This document shows, in pieces, positions 1-10,303 of a stretch of DNA of 64,000 nt. The notes beneath the pieces were generated by a model, which did no database searches, had not been told where the DNA came from, and worked only from the letters and a program-made list of their open reading frames with translations. Origin of the DNA: Azolla caroliniana (Eukaryota > Plantae > Polypodiophyta); assembly GCA_043228905.1 (NCBI GenBank), contig JBHGNT010000004.1, forward strand, positions 16,554,001 to 16,618,000, in the 5' to 3' direction. The position numbers and the translations under genes were made by a program. How positions within the stretch are numbered: position 1 is the stretch's first letter; each line of letters starts with the position of its first letter.

Positions 1-18
1 GTCGAGGAGGAGAGGCCT

Positions 19-1350
19 ATGTCACCAAAAGAAGAGGAAAGACCACCGACGCCGAAGAAAAACCAGGAACGACCACCAACACCACCAGCCCGTGCACTGA
101 TACCGGACGACGACATGCCGTTCCAGTACTCCAAGTATAAAGATGATCCGGACGCGGAAGCTCATGTTCACACCTTTGAACAGACATGGGAAGCAAACCA
201 TGTGTCCCAACGATTGACCCCGGAGGAAGAGGAACGCTCTAAGATAGCGGAATTTGGCGTCACATTGGAGGGACCGGCAGCAAGATGGCACCGGACGCAG
301 GACCCATCTACCATCACCATCTTCGCAAATTTTAAAGCTAAATTCTTGCATTTTTTCCACAAGGAGGTGGACCAGACAGTAATGGTGGGCTTGTTTTATA
401 CCATCCGACAGGAGGCAGGGGAGAGCATTCCCCAGTTTGTCATCCGGTTTCAACGGATGCATAGTTAGCTTGCCCGCGTAGCCCCGGAGGAGGAATTACG
501 GACTATATTCCTAAATGCGCTCCGGGAACCCCTACGCACGGTTTGCACGGTAATTGACTTCCGCGCAAGTACCATCGACCAGGTCATTGACCGGGTGAGA
601 GAGATGGAAAAGACAAGCTCCTGGCTCACACTGGGAGCACTCCAACGGGCGTTACCGTCCGATGAAGACCTCTGGTTTCGGCAAGCAATACAGTGCACAA
701 CCTGCTTGAATTCCGGACACTCGGCACTAGAATGCACTATGAGGACGCAATGTGTAATCTGTCAATCCAAGGGCCATACGACGGATAGGTGCGAGTATAA
801 TCTATTGAACCGGCAAGCACCGCCCGTCCGACAAAGAGAGCCACGCAGCAGCCGCGATGAAGAAGAGGAACGTTGGCGGCGAATGGACCGCGACCGACCG
901 GCACAGGATGTCCGGTATGGCGATCGACGGGAGAATGATGTCTAGTACGGTGATCGGCGGGATAACTACGACCGGTACGATAGATATGATCGGTACCAGG
1001 ATTACAATAGACGATACGAACATTACGATCGGGAGCACTCCCCCGGGTATCGTCAGCAACGGGAGGAATACGGCAGATATAACGACCAACCTCGTCAAGA
1101 GTACCGCAATAAGAAGAACTATAACAAAAAATGGCATTTCAAAAAAGGCGGCCACCCACGAGATCCGGAACAAGGAGCTTCAAGCAACCAACCGGCCCAA
1201 AACCCCGCGCTTACCACAAGACCTGCCCCGAGTACAACAAACAATGCCGAATCCAGCAATACCCAGAAAGCCTACTGCTACTACTGCCGACAAGAAGGCC
1301 ATTATAGTAATCAATGCCCGGCGAAGAGCTATGACAAACGACCGACAGTA
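19..1350 (+). pseudogene. gag: Gypsy gag (interrupted by stops)
   Basis: Retrotransposon-gag-like segment (LEGPAARW...FKAKFL...IRQEAGESIPQFVIRF). Three zinc knuckles: CTTCLNSGHSALEC, CVICQSKGHTTDRC, and CYYCRQEGHYSNQC at about 1276-1317. Confidence 0.85.
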
Positions 1351-1566
1351 AATATGGTAATCCCTAAAGTGGCAGATCTGCAGCAGGTGACCACAAGGTC
1401 GAAGGGCATGGCCAAGGAATGGGAGACGCAGGAGACCATCCGGAAGCAAGTGACGGAATGGGTGAAGTAGCAAACGAGCAAAACGTAACAGACTTAAGAG
1501 CGGCAAAAGGAGAACACCGTAGGGCTTGCCGGCGGCAGTCACTCTGAGAACGAGACATGGCAGGCG

Positions 1567-2230
1567 TTGCAAGAATGCCAGATTACGCTGCCACTAGGAA
1601 GACTCCTACAGCTCGTGCCGAGATTCACGAAAGGGCTGAAGACAGCCATGACTGAAGGAGAATCATCACTGGCACCGGTACTCTTCTCGAATCCGGAGGG
1701 ACCAACGGTGGTGGACACCAACAGTCCGGTAATTACTGCCATTGTAAAAGGGAAAGAACTCCCCGGCACAGTAATAGACGGAGGCTCCGGTGTGAATGTC
1801 ATAAGCCTCCGGACGTGTGATGCCCTAGGAATCCACGAGTGGGAGCCGTGTTCGTTCTGGTTACGGATGGTCGATACAAGCTCAGTGCGGCCGACAAGAT
1901 TAATACGAAAATTAGAAGTCACCGTTGGCGGTCATACATTTCACATCTCGGCAGTAGTGCTACAATTACAGCCACAGGCGCGTACCTGCTATTGTTGGGG
2001 CGGCCATGGTTGAAAACGGCACATATCAAACAGAATTGGAGGAAAAATATAATTACCTTCCGGCGAGGAAAAGCCAAGGTACGTGTACCAACACAGCCAA
2101 GGATGAGCACTGGCAAGGAATGTACACCGTTGTATGCAGAGTGCGTCAACATGCTAGAAGGGTTAGCTGACGAAGAAGAAGCTCAATACTTGCAGGAAAA
2201 CCCGAAGATCGTACCCCTCTTCGAAATTGA
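1567..2230 (+). pseudogene. Gypsy aspartic protease (frameshifted)
   Basis: TVIDGGSGVNVIS active-site motif and LLLGRPWLK motif in the next frame. Confidence 0.85.
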
Positions 2231-3231
2231 CATTAAGAGATGTTGTACGGTACGCAAAAGAATGTGACTTATGCCAGCGAATGGGCCAGCCAACAAAGCA
2301 AGCTCGAATGCCACACCAGCCTGTACTACCACTCGAACCATTCCAGAAGTGGGGGCTGGACTTTGTTGGACCATTCAAACCACCAGCGATCAGAACAAGT
2401 AATCGGTAAGTCATCATCGCGACAGATTACTGCACGAAATGGGTGGAGGCCAAAGCCTTAAGAGAAAACACCGTTACGTCAACGGCAAAATTTCTATACG
2501 AATACATCTGGTGCCGTTACGGATGCCCAATTGAATTAATAAGCGACCAAGGGGGGCACTTTCTCGGCCAAGTAGTTGAAAGCCTGACGACATTCTATGC
2601 CGTTGTCCATAAACGGAGCATACCGTACTATCCGCAAGCAAACGGGTTAGCTGAGTCAACGAACAAAACACTCCAGAATATCCTCCGGAAGATCGTCAAT
2701 GAAAACCGAACGAATTGGGATACCAAGCTACATAGCGCGCTTTGGGCATACCGGACAGCATACAAAACGAGCATCCGAACAACACCGTTTCGGTTAGCGT
2801 TCGGACTAGAGGCGGTCATGCCGATGGAATTCCAAGTACCAAGCTTACGGATCCAGCTACGGGAACGGCTGAACGAGAAGGAGTCGGAGGCAATACGGTT
2901 AACAACGCTGTGTGAACTCGAGGAACAACGACTGGCAAGCATCCTGCACTTAGAATTGGAACAACGGCGACGGAAAGCATTTGTCAACCGGCACAGGAAA
3001 GGAAATGAAAAAATGTTCGAAATCGGCAAGCCGGTGTTAGTATTTCAGACCCGAATGGGCAAGATGCCGGGTAAACTACGGTTTAGATGGACCGGCCAGT
3101 ATTGGCTGACACGTGAGTATAATGGGTCCTACCAGTTAGGGACACTTGCCGGCGAAGTGCTAGGCAAATGGGTCAACGGATTCAGATTGAAGCCATATAG
3201 AGGACCGATGCCCAAGAACCCATTTGAGTAA
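2227..3231 (+). pseudogene. Gypsy integrase (one in-frame stop near 2407)
   Basis: CDLCQ half of the Zn finger, WGLDFVGP, LISDQG, PQANGLAESTN, RWTGQY. No chromodomain. Confidence 0.9.
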
Positions 3232-3786
3232 AGGACCGACACCAGATTGGGAACCGGTGCGGAAACGGCAACCTATGAGGGAAACGGCAACCACCAAGAC
3301 GGAGGAGACGGCAAGCCGGTAACTAGGGAGAATGAGGCGACGGCAAACCGTAATGAGGCCGGTAAGGGTCCGATAGGACCAACGGACAAGTAACCTCACA
3401 CTACATTTTATAAAAAATAAAATAAAAATAATAATAAAGAAAACAAAAGCGAAGTAATCATGCAAAAGCGAGGTATAAACGGACGAGAGAGCGAGGAGCG
3501 AAAAGGTACGTAGTGGGCATTTAAGCACCGCCACAGGACATAATGCTATTTTAGGACACGACATGCACACGCTCGAAAAAGGCGCCAGAATGCACAGAGA
3601 AAAACCACAGCGCATGGAGACCTTCTCATTTTGCGAACCCAGGAGCACAGAAGCACCAAGGCGTTGGCAGATCACCAGACGAGAACCTACGCACAGAGAA
3701 CCCCCGCTTTCTGAACTCTCTCTCTCTCTCACTCTCACTCTCATCACCATCCAACCTCGCCACCACAATCCGACCTCGACACAGAC

Positions 3787-6569
3787 ATGGACCGCGAACG
3801 TTGTCGGAAGCCGCCAAGAAATGGCTAAAGCAACACGGGCTCGAGGGCTTCTTGACGATTATGGAGGCACCGCCACACAAAGAAGCCGACAAGGTGATCA
3901 AAGAAATCGACACAGAGGTCATAACGGAGGAGGCGATCCGTGTGTTAACAGGCCTTCCGGAGGGAGGCATATTCACGATCAACAATCCGACCTCGGAGCA
4001 ACTCATCAAGTATTTTGGTGAGTACTCCCTAGCCAGCAAGGGCTACCGGACACAGGGCGGCGGAGATATGTTGTTCCGCGAGATTGCCCGTGTGCTCCAC
4101 GAATACGGCCATGTGTACCCTAGACCCCCTGTCATGCCGCAGAACCGGGCAGGGATGATCATCGCCACCTATGAAGGGATCAAGGTGGATTGGCCGGTAT
4201 TGATCGCAGACGGTTTGTGTGCGGTGATCGAGATCGTTAGAGGAAAAGACGGCAAAGAAGGTCGAGACGGACGGAAGATATGGCACGCAGTAACGCAATG
4301 GCTCACATTGCTTGTGCCACCCGTCCAGCCCAAGAAGCGGGGAAGAGTGGCGGACGGCACCCCAAAGACTGCTTCCAAAAGACAACAATTGTTGGCCTCT
4401 AAGGCCACTAAGGGGAAGGCGGCGGACGCAGAACAGGCGGGAAAGGAGAGCGCCAGCCGGAAGCGGCCAACGGATGCGCAGGAGGAACCACCGGTACGGC
4501 CCGTAAAGATTACACTCCGCTGACCGGTGAATAGAGAAGCCGACCCCTTGGCGGCGAAACTCAATGCCGGGACTCAGGAAGAGGAAATAGAGGAGGAGCC
4601 TACGGAGCACCTCCAGCAACGGTCGTCGGCAAGGACCGTTGAGGCAGCCGGGAAACGTTCGGACCCTCAGACGGAGGGAACACCGGCTCCCCATACTGAG
4701 ACTCCCACGCCAAGGGAGGAACCAGAACCGGTGCGCATGGCACCGGAATCAGAAGCCCTTGCACCACCAGCAGCACCAGCAAGTCCCGTACCGCCAGAGC
4801 CGGAAAGGTCAATGCAGCCTCCCTCGGCCAACCAAGAAGAAGCGCAAGGGGAACCAGGACAGCAAGGTGGTCCACGGGCAGACACGGAATTGCAACTCGG
4901 CGCAATCAGGCGGGACCACCCACCCACAAGCGAGCCCATCCGTCAAACCTCCGTGCAAGCGCAACAACAATGCACCGGTAGCATGTGGCTCCGGTGGATA
5001 GGCGAACAGATTGCCGGAGTAGTGGGGTATATTGAGGCGGAAGAAAGAGCGCAAAGAGAACGGTTGCTCGTCACAACCGAACAACTAGAGACAGCCCGGT
5101 CCAGAATCCGATGCCTTGAAAAAGACTTGGATCAGGTCACGGCAGAAATGACCAAAATGGCCTTAACGGCAACACAGATCCAAGCACCGGTGACTCCGGT
5201 AAATGTACAGAATAAAGAAACAGACCAACCTGTACATACTAATAAGACCCCGGCAACGGAAACCGTTCCAAAGAGAGATGCGGCGCAAGCCCAGGAGCTT
5301 GCGAAATTGAGAGATGAACTTGCCGCACAAGAAGCGCGAAGGAGCCGTGAACTGGAATTGAAGACGGCGGCCGAAGCAGAATTAAAGAAGACTGCTGAGA
5401 ACCTCCGCCGACAGAGGAGAGCCTCCAGAAAGGTCATCAAGGTTACGACCGGCTAAGGGAGGAAAAAGACAAAGTGTTGCAGGAAAAGGACAAGCTGCGG
5501 AAGACGGCGGAAACGGAAATTGAATGGCTAAAGGAGGAGCTCCACCAGCAGAAGGACCACGAGGACCGGGCTCGTCGACAGATCAACGTACGACTCAAGC
5601 AAAAGACAGATGATTTTGAGCACCTACACCGGGACTACAAACGGCTGGAAACGGAGCATAAGGAACGGATGGCCGAGCTCCGGCAGGAAGTTGATCAGGC
5701 CGCGACGACGCTCGCCGACGAACGAGCGGAAAATACAAGACGATTGGACGAGGCGGAGAAGGTCCAGATGGAGCTCCAGAGGCAGCAGCAGGAAGAAAGG
5801 GAGAGAGCATCAACGGTATTGCAAAAATTACAAAGCACATATCAAGGGCAATTGACGCATTACAAGGAGCAGGCGGAAGACAACGTCAAAATCATCAAGC
5901 AATTGAAGGAGGAACGGCAAGCTGCGAAGATCAAATCGTAGATGGGAACGGGCCGGATTCAGTGCATCCTTCGGGCATGGCTGAATTAGACAAAATGCTT
6001 GATTGACGAAAGCTCCGTAAGATGGTGGACAAAGTGGGCACAAAATACGGCGGAACTCCAATTGCTACGGGCAGACGTGGAAAACCGTCGGAAGGAAGGA
6101 GATGATTGTTACACGTTGACTTCCGAGGACTTCACCGTCGTACGGGACGAGCTAGCCGAAGACTTCCAAGTCCTGGTGGATGAACAGCTAGTGCAGGTCC
6201 GGCAACTCGTAGCTCAACTAGACGATGATAGGCTGGACGCTCAAATCCAGTTTGAGAGCTACGAGTGGTCCCGGGTTCGGGAAGAAAAAGCACGGGAAGC
6301 GGCAACGGTTAACCTTAGTGATGAGGAACCATCGCCAGACGAGGGCCATGCCGGAACCAGTCAACCGGAGACCACTACGACGGAGGGAGCAACGACGGAA
6401 ACGCCAGTTAGAGCAACAAACGGAGGAGCAGCCGCAGCAACCACCAACGGACCAATCGCAGCAGCCATCAACGGAGCAGCAGCAACAACCACAACAACAA
6501 CAACCAATTCCAGATGAACCATTGGAGACTCTCGAACAAAGCATTCTGGATATTTTGGACGAAGAATAG
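3787..6569 (+). pseudogene. Extra 3' ORF of the Gypsy element (about 900 codons, disrupted): globular N-terminus, Pro/Glu-rich linker, long coiled coil
   Basis: ORFs 3801-4523 and 4527-5456 share a frame across one TGA. 5474-5941 and 5999-6517 share a frame across one TAG. Located between integrase and the 3' LTR. Confidence 0.7.
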
Positions 6570-6624
6570 CAAGGGTCGGATGGTGGATTCGACGTACAAG
6601 GTACTGTCCCACGGGTGTGCCATG

Positions 6625-7059
6625 TGTTACCGGTCAGCAAAGGAGTCCAGAGTGTGAAACGAAGGAGTTATTTAATTATTAAGGAATGGTTGTAAGTGAG
6701 CTATTAGTGTGGACGGACGGACCGGAATCGGTATGCCGTTCCGGATCCGAACCGATCCCGAACAGGTGCGGATGGCACCGTTTTGTACTACAAACCGGAA
6801 ACCTATTTAAAGGCCCGGATGCAATGTAATGTTCAGCGGATAATTAATGAAGCTTAGTGTTTTTATCTCTCTGTGTTAATTGTCGTTCTGCATTCATTGT
6901 TATATCTTACGCGTGTGATTATTAAGGACGATCTTGCTAAGTAACCTAATTAAGTCGGATTAATCGTTGAGCCTAATCCTCTTGCCGTAACACCCCTTTG
7001 GTGAAGTGTCTTCCGTAGACACCTTGTGTTAGGCCATTGTCCGGCCCTAAGAGTTAACA
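6625..7059 (+). repeat. 3' LTR of the Gypsy element
   Basis: TGTTA...TAACA termini, TATA-like CCTATTTAAA near 6801, U5 motif shared with the LTR at 62060. Confidence 0.8.
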
Positions 7060-10000
7060 CGAGTCAGCCGAGATGTCGAGTTTGATGAATCAGCATCGTG
7101 GTATTCCATACCGACTCCGACTTCCGATCCCGACCCGATGTCGGAGGATGGGGCTAGTGAGCCCGAACCGGCCCAGGTAGAGAAAGATGAAGCCGGGACT
7201 CAAGATGAGAGTCCGGAATCGTTCCAGTTAAGCGGACCGAATGAGAGACTGGATCAGTCCAACCAGTCAGATGATGAGACGACGAGTAGTGGAGACTCTG
7301 TCGTGCTCTCCCTGCGTAAGGAACTGAGGAGACGGTTCACACGCAAAGAGAAAGGGAAGCAGAAGATGCCGGAATTCGAGGCCGGTAATGATGAGTCGGA
7401 TCGGTGCGTATCTGACTTCGGCAAGGACATAGGCAAATCTTCGGGAACGAAGACCGAACCGGCCAAGAAGGGTCTCATACCAGGTAACGGTGAGTTATGC
7501 CGGTCCACCCGCTAGAAGGATCCCGTTAAATGGTACGGGTATAACGAGTACATGGCGCATCATTATGCGTACATGACCAAGGTCGTGGAAGTGCGTGAGC
7601 CGGAGAGCTACGCAGAAGCGGCAAAGGATGCAAATTGGCGTGCCTCTATGGAGGAAGAAATGCGGGCACTGGATGCCAACGGAACTTGGGACCTGGTTGA
7701 CCCTCCCCGTCACTGTAAACCGATCGGGTGCAAGTGGGTGTACAAGATAAAGTACAATGCCGACGGTACAGTTAACCGGTACAAGGCCCGGTTAGTGGCG
7801 AAGGGATATGCGCAGACCCATGGAATCGACTACGACGAGATCTTTGCTCCTGTAGCGAAGATGACGACAGCTCGTGTGGTATTGGCGGTTGCTGCGGCAA
7901 GGGGGTGGCATCTTCATCAGATGGATGTGAAGAATGCCTTCCTTCAAGGAGATCTTGAAGAAGAAGTCTTTATGACTCAGCCCCCCGGATTTCAGTCGGA
8001 GGTGAACAAGTCGGCGGTATGCCGGCTGAGGAAGTCGTTGTACGGCTTCAAGCAAGCCCCCCGTGCTTGGAATGCTAAGATCACACACCGGTTGCGAAAG
8101 ATGGGGTTTGTTGCCTCTAATTCGGACTCTTCCCTGTTCATCCATCAAGGCTCAAACGGTCTGGTATGTATCTTACTCTATGTTGATGATTTAGTCATCA
8201 CCGGCCCAGGTCTTCCGGAAATCAACCGCGTCAAGTCCCAGTTGTCGGACGCATTCGATATGAAGGACTTGGGGGACCTTCATTATTTTTTGGGGATCGA
8301 GGTGATCCACACCCCCGACAGTATATTGCTTTCTCAACGCCATTATGTGTTGAATATATTGTACAAGTTCAGCATGACGGAATGTCGACCTGTCTCCACA
8401 CCCCTGGACCGGAATCAGAAGATCCGTCCCAACTCCGAACCAGCCTGCGATGAGAAACTGTTCCGACAAATAGTCAGAAGCCTGATCTACTTGACCATCA
8501 CCCGACCTGACATCAGCTATCCGGTCGGAGTGGTAAGCCAATTCATGTAGAAGCCAACCGTCAGTGTGCGCAACGAATACCGAGGTATGTAAGCGGCACT
8601 AAGGACTGGGGGCTCTTATACCGGCAAGGTATAACCGAAGAGCTTGTTGGCTACACAGATGCCGACTAGGTTGGCGATGCAACGGATCATCGCTCAACTT
8701 CCGGCTTTATGTTTTCTCTTGGGAGCGCGATTGTTGCGTGGAGCAGCAAAAAGCAGCCAACAGTGGCTCTATCCAGTACTGAGGCTAAATACCGGGGTGC
8801 GACCATTGCCACCTGCGAAGCCATTTGGCTTCGGCGACTACTGCAAGACCTGCAGATCGAGGTACCGACCCCGATCGTGATGTACTACGATAACCTCAGC
8901 AGCATGCAGCTCGCCAAGAACCCTGTGTTCCATGCTCGCACAAAGCACATAGAAGTGCATTATCACTTCGTGCATGAGCGGGTCCTAAGCGGTGAAGTTG
9001 AACTACGGTATGTTCACACGGATCGGCAAGTTGCCGACATCTTCACCAAGCCGCTCGGGTCGGACAAGTTGCAACACTTTACCGAAATGCTTGGTGTTCA
9101 GCATCTCGACGTGCCGCACTTGAGAGGGAGACGCAAGGGCAAAGACACTACCGAAACGGGCAAAGGCAAAAAACTGTTGAACCCGTAGGTAAGAGAAGAA
9201 CCGGTAGAGGTGGAGACAAGAAGAAAAATGAAGCCGAGTCGACGAAGGAAGTCGGCACATCCGAACAGGTCGGAGTGAGCGGCTGTGAAGAAGAAGTGTA
9301 CACTCAGGAAGAGAAGTGCATGCTATGCGGAGGTCATCATGATCGTAATGGCCATGATGCGGAGTCGAATGAAGAATTCGACTTCGGTGAACCGGCTGAA
9401 GAAGCCAAGGGAAGCAAGGAGAAGGCCAAGACCCGGACGTGGTCCGATGTGGTGAGAGGCCTGAAGCCGAAAATCGAATCAGAGGATACCGATTCGGACA
9501 AGAGCTGGAACGAGTCGGAGACAGCCGATTCAGATCAACAAACAGATCCGGATGAGTTGGATCAACGAGAGGCCAAGGAGACATGAACGCAGCGGAAGTC
9601 GATGCCATCGTGGTGGAACCGACGAATCGGCAAGTGCGGGAGTCATAGCAGCGAAGGAGCTGAGATGGGCCTATTGAGCAGACATGCCAGAGGTCGAGGC
9701 GTGTAGAACCAAAGGGGTCGCAGCAAACGGGACCGGACCGGACAAGGAGCGCGAGCAAGGCAAAGCGACGCCAGGAGAAATCGGTTGGAAGAACCGGCTG
9801 CCACAGAGGTTGACACTACAACCCTACCTCAGGTTGAGCTTGAGGGGGAGTGTTGAGCGGCAAGCTCAACCAGAGCCAGATCGGCTGAATAAGCCTGAGC
9901 CGGTAAGCGAGATGAATCGGTATGCCGGTGAGCAATCGAGCCGGTAAGCAGTAAGGACCGGTGAGCTGGGGAGCCGGTATGCCGAATCCAATCGTAACCA

Positions 10001-10193
10001 GAAGCCTAGTATAGGTTAGACTACTAGGCAGTTATAGTCTCGTAGTTAGTGTCAGATGCTCGTGTGAGCATTGAAGTACACCGTACTTCTAACAGTCCCG
10101 TGTGGACTTGTATAAATAGCGTTGATGAGTGCGTTGTAGATACAGACAGAGAACACAGAGTATTCATATAATTTCGAAATATAGTGTGTCTTG

Positions 10194-10225
<32 letters not shown>

Positions 10226-10303
10226 TTGTCTCTCCCGCGTACTCTCTCTCTCTCTCTCTTTGTGTATTGTTCTTTCTAACGCTTCCGCAAGAAATCTTTG
10301 ACA
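7060..10303 (+). mobile_element. Ty1/Copia element A (3' half), inserted in the 3' LTR of Copia B
   Basis: Integrase tail, RT (KARLVAKGY, QMDVKNAFL, LYVDDL), RNaseH (KHIEVHYHFV), PPT TTGAGGGGGAG 9840-9850, LTR 9851-10303 (TG...CA). Confidence 0.92.
7552..9188 (+). pseudogene. Copia A reverse transcriptase-RNaseH (disrupted)
   Basis: ORFs 7552-8550 (RVT_2 motifs) and 8709-9188 (RNase HI, Ty1 type), with stops and a frameshift between. Confidence 0.92.

Larger units (their letters stand above)
1..7059 (+). mobile_element. Ty3/Gypsy non-chromovirus LTR retrotransposon (Athila/Tat/Phygy-like), RT-RNaseH deleted, 5' end outside window; inserted into Copia A
   Basis: Order gag (CCHC knuckles), protease (IDGGSGVN), integrase (EPFQKWGLDFVGP...SDQG...QANGLAE), extra ORF, LTR TGTTA(6625)...TAACA(7059). 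Copia integrase codons (RVSRDVEFDES) start at 7060. Confidence 0.9.

Noticed and set aside
6625-7059. Hammerhead ribozyme (retrozyme) in LTRs
   Set aside because: I saw no CTGANGA...GAAA core with flanking stems in the LTRs inspected.
7059-7080. Two related Gypsy LTRs both end just before the Copia integrase SRDV motif (7060 and 62489), suggesting site-specific targeting
   Set aside because: The second LTR actually inserted at the LAE codons (62060). Its right junction is a later deletion, so the coincidence is not an insertion-site match.
9003-9758. Long antisense ORFs over TE coding regions (also 4029-4694, 60937-61584 and others)
   Set aside because: Shadow ORFs of GC-rich retroelement sequence with no recognisable motifs.
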